Shown piece by piece: positions 37,385 to 50,100 of a stretch of DNA of 64,000 bases. How positions within the stretch are numbered: the first letter of the stretch is position 1; each line of letters opens with the position of its first letter. The stretch comes from Glaucostegus cemiculus (lineage: Eukaryota): positions 36,890,001 through 36,954,000 of the forward strand of contig CDPCPM010000054.1 of the NCBI GenBank assembly GCA_976551045.1, written 5' to 3'. The position numbers were made by a program, and so were the translations under genes. The notes beneath the pieces are model-generated. The model ran no database searches. It had not been told where the DNA came from and saw only the letters and a list, made by a program, of their open reading frames with translations.

Positions 37385-40279
37385 CTGTGAAAAGAATGCA
37401 GATCATTAACTCTAAGCACAATGGTCCATTGCTTTATTGTGTATGTCAACACTAATGAACGACCACCAGCTACAAGCCTTTGTTGAAGCACAGGTGCCAT
37501 AATTTCACATGAATAAATTGCAATAGAAATTGGGAATATTTTTTACTGTTTGAAATGCTCCAAAGAAAAACACAACCATTGACTGAGTTGTATTTGCAGT
37601 ATTATTGCCAAAGATGTAAAATATGTATCTATCATTGGCTGAAGGTGTTTGGTAGAGTCAGATCTTAGGGTAAAATTAATATTACAGATAGGGGTCTTAT
37701 GTGTTTCAAATCATCCATTTTTCTTATTAATAATATTACAGTTACCAAGGAAACCAAATATGTGAATGTGGAGTACTGCAGTAATGGGGAAGATAAAAGA
37801 GAGAAACAGCTTAGAAAATAATGGAAAGAAGTGTGAACTATGTAGCAAAAAACTTTAGTCTGTTGTTTTACAATCAACTAATGTAGCTGAATTTTGTGTT
37901 CTTGAAAGGTTGTCTCAGGAAAAACATTCTGATCTTCCCAAACCCTTGCCTGCTCTGCGGCATTAACTGTGGTTTGTGGTGTTCTTCCAACAAAGTTATA
38001 ATGATGGTGGAAAAGCTACATTAAAACTCCAGGCCTGTGTGTCTCAGGGCCAGACAGTGATGGTCAATGGAATAGCCCATTTTACATTTTAGACCACTGG
38101 TTTCAAACACAAGAAGGAGAGAGCAGGCAAAGTTTTCAACACTTTCTTTGAATTGTGGGTTAATCCACCTGCTGGTGGATCAGTCAAACTCTGAGACAGT
38201 TGATGAGGAAACACTTAAGGCCATTCATTGAGTTCACACAGAAGCCTGCATGCTGAATCTCATTGCTTTTAGGTTAGGTATGAAAACCTTGATACACACA
38301 GTCAATCACACATACTGATGCAGAAATCTGAATGAAAGGAACTGAATATTTGCTCCAGTCCAAAGATTCCTTTGTGAGTGACTCTGACATATACTCCCAC
38401 CATAAGGCTTTGGGAGAAGGGGGAAGGGGAAGGAAAGTCATTGGGGTTTTCCTGCACCTCCCAGTTACCTTTGGTTGGCCAACAGCAATGGGTTCTCACT
38501 GTCAGTGAGAGGATCAAAGCACCAAGGCAGGAAATGTAGGTCAGGGCAGAGTAGAAGGATTAAACAGCAGCATAAAAATAACCCAAAACCACCTGTTCTG
38601 ATAAGGGGTCCTGGAGCTAAAATGCTTTTCTTTCCACATATGCAGACTGATCTGCTGAACATTTTTAGCGTTTACTGTTTTTATTACAGGTTTCCTATAT
38701 CTGCAGATTTTAAAAAAAATCATGAGTTTTACCCCAGGACCAACAGCTGATTTGTGATGGCTAATGTACTTGTCTTTCCTTCTGAGGCGAGACAATTGCT
38801 AGTTTCACGTATAGCCCAACTTATTTCAGAAGTTGTTGATTTTTTAATGAACTCATTCAATTGGACTTTACCCAAGGAATTATATTCACTATCATAAATA
38901 AATATAGGGTGGTTGTTTACAACTTCAGGACCAAATTTTTAAAATGCAATAGAGTGGATACATCCTCCTGGTGTACCAGAAATAAACACTCATGTTCAGC
39001 AGCCTGGGAACACTGTTATACAGTGATAGTACAAGTTGCTGAACACGATTTTATGCCTCCTTCCCCCAACAATTTTCTATCTTCCACTTTTGAAGGGACT
39101 TCTCTCAACCAGGTACCTTGTTTTACAGACACCAGCAACCTCCAAACCGCCATCCCACCCACAGCACCCTCTCGCCATCTTTCCAAATATCTCACCCTGC
39201 CCATTCTTCTGAATGATCTGAAGGCATCACATTGGAGGTCTGGTCTCACAATAATGCCCACATACATATACTTCCCGGCAGTAGTATCTGGATAAGCTTT
39301 CAAACCCTTCAGTTGGACTGATAACATGGTGATTGAATTGAGGTGTTGAATATGATTCATGGAGTTGAAAGGGTGGAAGAAAGATAGAACTTTTTTAGCT
39401 GGGGCATGAGGGGTGATTAGTGAAGTTGGTGGGCAGGAGAGTCCAGAACTAGAAGACGTGATCTTAAAGTTACAGCAAAGCTCTTTAGGTGTGATGTCAG
39501 GACAGGCATCTTCCTTGTGGCGTGTCTGACATCTGGAACTCAGTTCTATGTGTTTACTGTCTAGCAACAATTAAATACATGCAAGACTTAAACCTTAGGT
39601 CTTAAAGGAATTGCATGGATGTTCTCAGGTTTTTCTTTTCTCTCCATTGTTCTCTGTGTTTCTCCTTTTGTGAGCAGCTCCTTGCCAGAGAAATCCAGCT
39701 CAACGTGGCTTACCCTGGATATGATTGGCACACCAATTTGCCTGGAAGTTCCATTGGGGAGGGGCAATAACCAAGTGAGCGTGTACATCCCCTGCCCCCA
39801 CCTGATAGAATCCCCTGTTATTCTGGGGCTTTCAAGCTGTGGCTTATTCACGTGAAATTATGGCAACTGAAATAAATGGACAAAGTATAGGTAGGGTATA
39901 TATAACCATATGTTATTAATAAAGAAAGAAACTTTTAAGCTTTAAAAAACTCACATTCTTTTCAAAGGAGTAAGCAAAGGGCAAGAAACAAGTGAGAGAG
40001 CTGAGCCTAATCAAGACTGCAGATGGACTGAACGGGACGGACAAGGTTTTCAACAGAAATAGCAGCCTGGCATGTTGAACGACTTAAGACGTACAGAATG
40101 CAATAACCATAAGAACCACAATAAACAGAGACAAAAAAAGCCTAAACAGAAAAAAAAAGTAAATTAATGAGGAAAAAACCCTTAAAAATAAAAAAAAAAG
40201 TCACGCTAAATGACGAGCTTGAAGACAGATAGCAGAGAGGGATTGTTTGTAACAATCTCCCTAGGGCTTTTGCCTTTAC

Positions 40280-40300
40280 CTTTATATCCTATCTTGTCTG
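40280..40300 (-). CDS. TENM3: Second alternative microexon (21 nt ADKIGYK, or 18 nt DKIGYK via NAGNAG)
   Basis: ttttcctccttgtccatactag|CAG|ACAAGATAGGATATAAAG|gtaaag; symmetric phase 1; matches the DKIGYK segment I recall from long mouse Ten3 isoforms. Confidence 0.88.
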
Positions 40301-41088
40301 CTAGTATGGACAAGGAGGAAAATTGTGGAAACATAATTAAAAGTAATGGCATATTCAGAATCTGTATTTATACAAACAGAAGAAAAGGGATGCTTGCAAT
40401 TACAAGGACGTGAGTGAACAGAACAGAACTCCTAGTGCTGCTTTTAACAATGCAGATTGGTATTACTGTCGGAGCTATCAGCCTGAATAAGGCATATCTG
40501 GCAATGCAGCTGCAGGAACGTTTCTGCAAACTAAATAACAAATTTCAGAAATGCTGTTAAAACACATAAATAGCATTAATGAAAGATGAGGTGCAATGAT
40601 CATTAAACTGGTATCAAATTTACTCCACACCACTTAACAGTTTCACACATAGCTACAAGTAGTGTTTGACATTGTTACAATGGATTTCTTTTTGCATGGT
40701 GAAATTACTCTTCAAACAAAAATCCTGCATTCTGGGACTTATTTTTCCTCTGTATCAACAATCAACATCTAACAGGAATAGACTGTTCTCAATTACATAT
40801 ATGAGCAATGCTGCATTTCCACCATATGTGACTTAGCATCTATATACTAGTTACAAATGTGCAAGAGTGTACAAACGAAGCTAAAACAAAAACTATTCCA
40901 GCTAGTTGACTTTCAAGTCTTTTTCGGGTACTAATTGCTGTAAAACACATTGCAAAGAAAGCTCTGTATAAATGCTAATTAATGAATTAGTTGTCAAAAG
41001 CTTGAATAATGAAACTGTGATGCAAATAAGAGGGTGAAAGTCAATTTACTTATTTACTGTAGATATGGAGACAGCACAACAAAAAAAA

Positions 41089-41094
41089 CATGCA
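41089..41094 (-). promoter_or_regulatory. RBFOX-type UGCAUG element at +5..+10 after the 27-nt microexon donor
   Basis: Pre-mRNA reads AAAG|guacUGCAUGuuuuuuuuu; UGCAUG is the established RBFOX motif; function here is inferred. Confidence 0.55.
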
Positions 41095-41098
41095 GTAC

Positions 41099-41125
41099 CT
41101 TTAACTATTTTATCCAGGAAGTGTG
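41099..41125 (-). CDS. TENM3: Alternative microexon, splice insert A (27 nt, AHFLDKIVK)
   Basis: gttttatttctcaag|CACACTTCCTGGATAAAATAGTTAAAG|gtactg; symmetric phase 1; matches mammalian Ten3 insert AHYLDKIVK between EGF7 and EGF8. Confidence 0.93.
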
Positions 41126-44100
41126 CTTGAGAAATAAAACATACAGATGTTTAAGAACAGTGTAATATATAAACAGGGACATCTCTGCAGCATAGGCAAA
41201 TTCTCAGAACTATTGTACATTAAGTTCCTTCAAATAAAAAGGTGATTCTTCCTATTAAACACATTATCGTACTTCATAGATGGTGTGGAGGCATGAATCC
41301 CACTCAGAGGAAAATTAGAGGCAAGCTGTTCATGGAAGATGTCAGGAAGGACAATGTTACACAAAGTGTAGTGAAAATCAGAAAGGCGGTTCCCCCAATA
41401 AAGGCTGCTGAGGCTTAGGGGTAGATTTTGGCATGCAAGGACTTTAAGGATTACAGTATCAGGGTGAGTAGATATGGATGAACCATGATGTAGCACCAAC
41501 TTGAAAGTCTACAGGGCTTAACTCAGATAAAATGCTCCTGCAGCTATCAGCAATGGCTAATTTCTTCTACTCTGGCAGAGGTGTACTGAAGCCAAGAGCA
41601 GCCTCTAATTGGTAGTCTTGCCGAGATCAGAGAGCAGTTTGCTCTCATCTGTGAGTCTTTGAAAGTGGCGCTGGTGATGAATCCTGGAACGTGACTGCAG
41701 TGTTCAGAAGAATCCGTTCACAGAAACGTGTTGACGGGGCCACAAAAAGAAGTGGTCACAATCAAACGCATTACAGTTTTTTTTGATTTTGTGTCATTAT
41801 GTGGGGATTAGGTGAGCTACAAACAACCTGCTTTAACAAAGCAGGAGGGAGTAAGTTACTATAAAAGGCTTGGGAGTCACATCAAATAAGTGCACTGGAG
41901 TTAAGAACAGCCTGTGGTAGATTTCCTCTGATTGCTAAGTGCTAGTGGTATCAAAATCATAGCAGGATGATTCTAATCAGTATACTGAGTAAAGATATTT
42001 CAAAATACAGAAGAACTGCTTTGGTTGGCATGTGTGATATCGTCCTAAATACACTTAAAACAAACATGTTTAAGTAACAACATTGATTAGACTGCAATAG
42101 GAGTTCAATGCATGTGAAGCACTTTGGGATCTGATAAGATACAATATAAATGCACATGACACTCTTGTGAATCAGGATGAAATCAATTTTTTCCCACCTG
42201 TTTGCTCTTATGAAGCAACCAGAGAAGAAATCTTCCTCCAAAAAAGCAAAGTACTGTGGATGCTGGAAATCTAGATTAAAACAGAGCTAATCTTTCAAGT
42301 CATTGACCTCTCTAAAGAGACGTCCATCAACATGGAACATTAATTCTGTGTTTTTCTCTGCCGATGCTGCTTGATCTGCTGAATCTTTCCAGCATTTTCT
42401 GCTTTTTATGAGAAACATTTTCTATCCTGCTGTTACAAGTCTCCTGAATAGACTTCTTGTATGATAAAGAACTCCTGATCTCTCAGTCTACCTCATTATG
42501 GCCCTTGCACCTTATTTGACTAGCTGTACTGCACTTTCTCTGTAACTGTAACACTATATTCACATTCTGTTATTGTTTTTCCTTCTTGTACAGCCTTGAT
42601 TGATGTTCTATGTCTGGAATGATCTGTCTGGATGGCAATGCAGACAAAACTTCTCACAGTAGCTCGGTACATGTGACAATAATAAACCAATTACCAGTCA
42701 TCATTTCCTTGGCTAACATATCGTCAGTGATGTATCTTGCAAGACATGATAAGAAAGTAGCATGCTTATCTTTGTAATTCTTTTCAGAATTTAACTTAGT
42801 ACTTGTCATGATTCTGTAAACAGCCTTGGAAGGGGGCAGTGCAGCTGTGGTCACTGTTCCTCCTACATGTTTCAGAGAGATTATCTTTGAAAATTGTACC
42901 AAAAGAAATGGTGGACAGTGTAACATGGCATGTTGCAGGATCTGGTAGCACTAATCCCCACCTGTGGGGGCTCAGAGCCTGGGACCATATGTCTGCCACC
43001 TGTAAATCCATGAGGGAATTCAGAAGAAAGGATTAGTTGAGGCAACCAGCAGAGATGTATGCTGGTTGGTTTGCAGGAAGCTGGATAAGCACACGAGGGA
43101 GAAAGGAAAAGAAAGGTACATAATGGTGCAGAGGGCAGCATGAAGGCACAGCAGTTAGTGCTGCTGCTGCACAGCTCCAACCAAACTTAGGTGTTGTCTC
43201 TGTGGAGTTTGCACATTCTCTCTGTGACTGTATGGATTTCCCTTGGGAGCTCCAGTTTCCTTCCTACATCTCAAGTGGTGCTGGTCAGTAGGTTAGTGAT
43301 CTACTACAAATTCCTCCTAGTTAGGTGAGTGGCAGGAGAATTGGTGGAGAGTTGATGGGAATATGAGGGACACAGCCCAGCCCATCATGGGCACGGCCCT
43401 GCCCACCACTGACAGCATCTGAAGGAGACGCTGCCTCAAGAAGGTGGCATCTGTCATCGAGGATCCCCACCATCCGGGTCACGCCCTCTTCTCGCTGCTA
43501 CCAGAGGAACACTAGCTTGAAGTCCCACACCACCAGGTTCAGGAACAGCTTCTTTCCTACAACCATCAGGTTCTTGAACCAACCTGCACAACCCTGACCC
43601 TACCTCAGTGTTGGAATACCTCTTGCACGACCATGGACTTGTCTCTGATTTTGCCTTTGTCTTTTTTTTCTCTCTCTTCACTCTCTTGTATCATTTATGC
43701 ATAATTTATGTGTAATTTACATTCTACGTGCTGACTGTACCTATTGCTTGTGATGCTGCTGCAAGCAAGTTTTTCATTGTACCTGTACCTCACCGTGCTT
43801 GTGCACTTGACATTAAACTCAGTGTGACTTGAATTGAGAAGAGGTTATAGCGAAATGAGTGGGAGAATGGGACTGATGGAATTCTCTGAGAGCTGGCATG
43901 AACCAATTGACCAATTGACCTCCTTCTATGTTGTAAGGAAATGTGAGAAATAGTATTATGATATATTGTTGAGATTACTTGAAGACAATGGGGAGAGGCA
44001 GATGGAATGGGGGATAAACATGGCCAAGGACTCATTGTACAAAATAACCTGTTTTTATGCTTCAAACACAATGCAAAACGTTAGCTCATCACACCTGGGC

Positions 44101-47100
44101 TAACTCTTTGAAAGAGCCACCCACTTAATGCTATTCACCTACCACTTCCCGGTACCCATTAAAAATTATTTTTCTTGTGTTTATCCATTTTCCTTTAATG
44201 AATTCTGTCTTTAGGCTGTTTCATGAAAAATATTCATGTATCAGCAAAAGTTTTTGTAAAACATTATTTTTACATTGAGTTGCTGACAACAGATTTCTCC
44301 CCTTAAGATGTTACACATGACATCACTACTGCGTTGCACTCTGTACCATGTTGAAGTGCAACATTCATGGGATTCAAAAGCATCTAAAAGTTATATATAT
44401 CCCCTCAAACTTCACAAAACTCAAAATGTGTCCAATTCACATCCATTTACCACACATTTGCTCTCTCACAGCCCTAATGCCTACAACCTTGCATCCCATT
44501 CAATACTGAGCTGAACTTCTGACATTTCCCTTCCATCACTGATTGCTGACTACATTTGTTACAAAGCCCATCTCCTCCACTTGCTCAGCCCATCTGTTGC
44601 TGAATGTCTTCTTTGTATATGGAATTGTTCATAGCTTTGGCAGCATCACTGCCCAACACATTCAAACGTCTTTGCCTTCCCTATAATATAGAAGCCAATG
44701 GAGCAATATTCAGAGAGAGGTCATTTGAACAATATTTGCAATTGGTCACCTCCTCAGCACTTATCCAATGATTTCCTTCATTATTTGTGAAATCTTCACC
44801 AATCCCACCACCCCATTCACAGCCAATAGAATGAATTTTAAAGACAGGGCTCGTCACACTCATCTTGTTACATGTACCACTGAAAGGGGATGAATCTCTG
44901 AGCAACTACTTCTTTCTAATATTTAACGTCTTTATTAGGATCTACAGCCAACTTTACTCCAGAACTTTGGGTGAAGTAACCAGTCTCTCAGGTTTGACCA
45001 AACACTTCCTCAATTGAGCCAAGTCCAAAAGAGTGCAACACCCTTATTAAATAGGGTCTTTCAGATAGGTACACCGAGATAAGTAAAATAGAGGGCTATT
45101 GGAATGCCCAGTAATTGCTAGTGTAGGGACATGTTCCGTACAGCTTTGTAGGCCGAAGGGCCTGAATTGTGCTGTAGTTTTTTCTATGTTTCTATGCTCT
45201 ATCTCCAGGAAGGGTAAAATAACTAGGAGTGAATTTCTCAAAGATGAACAGGAAAATTGTATTCTCCTGTTGGTGGTACCAAACACATGACCCTGCAGTG
45301 CTAGCATCGTATTCTGTCTCCAAAACTCATTTTGATTGCATAGAATTCAGTCTGATTGAAGCCAGAGTACAGATTGCCTACACCACCATTCAGCACACTT
45401 AACTTTGCTGCTCCAACGACAAAATTCTAGGTGAAAAATTCAATGCAAATCCTTTCATTGATTTGCTTTTAGATCTCAATTGTCCAAAAGCTGATGATCT
45501 ACAAGAATCAGATAGGACTATAATCGGGGATGGAGGGAGAGAGACCACGTGCAGGCAAACGGGATTAGTTCAAATCGTGGTCAGCACAGATATCATGGGC
45601 CAAAGGGCCTGTTCCTGTGCTGTACTGTTCTGAACTCAAAGACAACCTTCATCCACTGGATTCTAATGCCCAGATATAGGATTTATTTATGCCTATTATC
45701 ATAATTTAAAAAAAACATTTCACACCCATTTTGATGAGTTTGTACCCATTCCCTTTGAAGTCTTGCTCATTGCGAAACTGGACCAGGCAGCGCTACCTGT
45801 CACTATTCACCCTAATGGTGGCTTTACTTCTATACTCTGCTATCTACAGATGACATGCCATATATATCTTGTTTTAATTCTGTACACTAAGTCATCATTA
45901 TCCATAAGTGATTGGGGCATGAAAAGGTAACAAAAACAGATACCACTCACGTCCTCCCTTTTCTCCACCAATATAGCCTCCAAAAAAGCATAAATATGCT
46001 CCAGAACGATCTAAAATGATTAACACATTTTAATAAACTTATTAAACATTTAATTATCTAAAAGGAAATGATACTAGACAACCATCCACTTGTTTGAAAT
46101 CACATGGTATAGCTGTGTAAACAAAGACTACTCCCTGTTGGAACAGCACACAGCAGGGAGCCACTTGACACAAGTAGTCTGGAAACTGATCACTATATTT
46201 ATACAGACAAGCACTTGTTCATCAATGTGTACATGGTATGTAGGTATTTGTTAGAAAAATCATTCGAGATGGGGACTGGGGCCAGCTTTGTATGTATGTG
46301 AATCCACGTATTAGCAAATCAGCAAACAAGGATCACTGACTGTAATGACAGTAATTGGATCAGAAAGTTGTGATTTACAACCTTGGTAAATAACTTCCAG
46401 TAAAATCATGCCCAAGTGATATGTGAAATAAAGTAACCCGATTCTCTCCGTCCTCTATAATTTTTATATGTGAAATAAAAGCATCATCTATAATTTTTAT
46501 TAAAAATAAATTAGAACAGGCAGACATCTGGAAATGTTGAGGCCTCCACAGCTCATGGACTCCTCGATCTGTGGACCTGATGCTCCTGCTGATCTCAGAG
46601 CTTGGGGTCATTGGTCGCAATCAGCCTGCTTCATCTGTTGGGGTTGTCACCCTGGAAGACCCACAGCCCTATTAACTCCCTCTCACATCTGTTCCCCACC
46701 TTCCCCATCCTCCCCCAAACCTCCAATCTCCATGATTCCACCATCCACAAAGGGGCAGCTGTCTGTCTAGAAAGCAGCTGACATGCATTAAACACATAGG
46801 ACACACTTCAAGAGGACTAAATCATTATAAAATTAAGGATGTCCCAATTCTGTGCCTTTTTTGTGATTTCTGATCTTCCATTAGCATAGGATGTGGCATC
46901 CTTGAGCCACCAAAAATGCTGCAAGTCCAACTTCCAAGAATGAATTTCCAAGCATTAAAGTAAAATAAATTGTTAGAAGTGTACCATATTTCAGCAGATG
47001 ACTCCCATCACAAAGATAATGTATTATCACAATATTTCATTCAGCTCCAGAACTGATGGAACGCAACAATTCCTCAAATGTCAATTATCTAGCATATTAA

Positions 47101-50100
47101 AATAAAACAATCTTAAGTCTTGAATGCCTAGCTTATTCAAGGAATTTAAGATTTACTGAGGTAAGCCTGCAGAACAGGATTTTAGGTTCCACCTCATGAG
47201 CATGTTTTTAAATCCATTATTTTCCAACTAATTTATTTGGCTGGGTTTGCAGTCTGTGATCTGAATTAGTCCAAATAAAAGCTTCAAACAAACCATCGGA
47301 CCGTATTACCAATTTTCTGCATTTTCCTGGGAGTACTCTATTATCATTTCAAGGCACTTTCTGCAGCACTGCAGTTTTGTATGTACACACATATCAGAGT
47401 GCAGGAGATCAAGATTCAAAATTTATTGCCGCACTATTTTTAGCCATGAAGCCTCTGTGAATTACGTGGATGTTATCACATGGAAATAAGCTGTATGACC
47501 CAATGAATCAGTGCTGTTTATCCATTGCACAAAACGCTGTCCAAATCCTACGCTCCAGCCCAATTCTATATAGATTGCCTTTCTTTAAGTCATCTACCCT
47601 CTAATTAACCTCCTGAATACAAATGGTTAAATGAAAAATAAAAGTGCTCAACATTAAAGTACTTCTCAAAAAGAGCATAGAATCTGCTTGAAGGACAGTT
47701 TTCACTGCATAAGGGGACATTTACTGATAAAGCTGGGCTCACGGATTTGGTGAAGGTGGTATATTTCACAGCTTAGAGCTATCCAGCAACAGAAAAAATC
47801 ACCCAGATGGTACATCTGGTAAGCACCAGGAGATCACAGACAAGGTAACCAGTCAGGAACATACCATAGAAACCTAGAAAACAGGAATAGGCTATTGGGC
47901 CCTTTTAGCCTGCACTGGCATTCAAAACTATCATGGCCAATCTTTTCTATATTTCCATCTGGCAATAGAAGGTGGCCATTTTGACCCACCAAGTATACAC
48001 TGGCTCGTCAAGAGCAACCTCATTCCACCATGAATTTATCCTTAATCTGTCCTCCCCAGATTCCCATCAACTTGCCCCCAGGTTCTACCACCCACTTATA
48101 CACTCAGGCCAATTTAATTAATCTACCAACCCGCATGTCTTTGGGAAGTGGAAAGAAAGCGGAGAATTTGGGGAAACCCAAGCAAATACAGGGAGAATGT
48201 ACAAACTCCACACAGTCTGCACTGGAGGTCAGGATTGAACCTGGGTCACTGGAACTATGGGATGACAACTATGGCACAGCTAGTACCAATGCATCATTTC
48301 TATCCCAGTATCCAGCATTCTTGCTCTTTCCTCAGATCCCTTGATGCATTGTGCATCCAGAAAATATCTATCGCCTTCTTGCGGACTGGGTGATTGTTTT
48401 GTGGAATGCCTGCATTCAGTCTGCAGGGCGGACCCTGAGCTTCCCGTTGCCTGCTACTTTAATCCTCCATCCTACTCTGACCTACCAGCCTGTGGCCTCC
48501 TGTACTGGCACAATGACACCCAGTGCAGGCTCAAGGAATCTCTCATCTGGGCACTTCGCAGCCTCCTGGACTCATTATTTTGTCTATGTTCTCACTAACT
48601 GCTCCCGTTGACCAGATAACCTTGAGCAAAAAAACAAACTGCTTTTTTGCTCCAGATTGTGTCACGACCAGATAACCTTGTTTGCAGTTTATCCTCAAGG
48701 TCACCCTGGTTTTATCCTATCAGATACATTCCCCTCCTCCACCCTTCCTGCAGCTTAACAAGCTTCTTTTCTCTCCTCGCTATTTCTGACGAAGGGTCTT
48801 CGATCTGAAATGTTAACTCTGCTTCTCTCCCTACAGATGTAGCCTGACCTACTGAACATTACCAACATTTCTGTTTTTTATTCTAACCGCCAGTGATCCC
48901 ATTCAATTCACTGGACAGGAATGGCTTCAAAGGAGAGAGGTAAGTTTCACATGCTGCATGTTTTTGATTTAAGTGAGTTAGCTTAAAAATACTTAATTGT
49001 TTATAAATGGTTTTAGTATTTATATATTTTTAAAATCATTTAAAATGTTAACAGCCTGCTACTTTTTTTTTAAAATAGATTTTAAATGTTTTTGACTGTT
49101 GTTACTGCACTGAGCCATGGCTTAACTGAGTGTCAAAGTCTTTCTGTGATAGAAAGCTCTGCATTGTATGGGTAGGCAAATGATGAGCCTGGGCTGCTTG
49201 CTGCTCTAAGGAGTATTTCTTCCCTATATCTTAGCAGGAAGCTTCCTGTAGAATTAGTCTGAGATTTTACTCATCAATTGACGGTCTATAGTTTGAGGCT
49301 TTAAACTGCAATGGGTACTTCAGCTGTGGTTTTAGTGAAGTTTCATATAGATTCTCCACTGCACTTCAACATACATATTCTCACCATACCCTTTATTACA
49401 GCCATTATCTACTTGAAGCGCAGCAATCAATAACTGACTCGGAATCTGCAGTTGCAACGACGGCGAAACTGTCTGCATCCCTGTCATTTCTCTGTAAAAC
49501 TGACAGCAACATCTGGCATCTGCACATACATGAACACCAAAATCCAGAAGCTGCTGTCAGTGATACCTTGCTTCTCTACAGGGTGCTCGGCTATCATCTC
49601 CGCAGTGACGTCAGTGGTATCGGATGGGAATACAAAAGGCAGATAGCATGAGAGTTCTCTTTCAGAGGCTGCAACCAGAATGATGTAGTTTCCTTTTTCC
49701 AGAATCCAGACTTTTGCTTTCAAGATGTAATGAAGTAACTGGCCTCCCATTACTTGTGTTACCTCTATTTCCATTTCTAAGGCGGCCTTTAGTCTGGCCT
49801 CTGTCCAGTCATTTGGCAAGTATCTAACAGAAAGCTGAAGTATGTGTGAACAAGATTTTAAACATTATGGTCTGGCTGTCCATTGCAGAAACCATCCAAT
49901 TTTCTTTATATTGCTTTCAATGATTTATCAGGCAGTACTCTAGAGGTTAATGGCAGTGTTGAAAGTGCAGGTGATGCTATAAATAAAATCTTAGGATATT
50001 AGAGAGGTACATGTCAGCGAATGGAACAGACCCGACTTATATTTGGCATTTTATTCATTTTGGTCAAATTTCAAGTGAATAAAGCTTTTGCAAGATAGAA

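Noticed and set aside
39016-39570. 184-aa ORF
   Set aside because: Non-ATG start, no motif; appears to overlap decayed repeat sequence.
49484-49819. 111-aa minus-strand ORF as a novel gene or exon
   Set aside because: No recognisable domain; the one acceptor/donor pair I tested gives an in-frame stop in phase 1.
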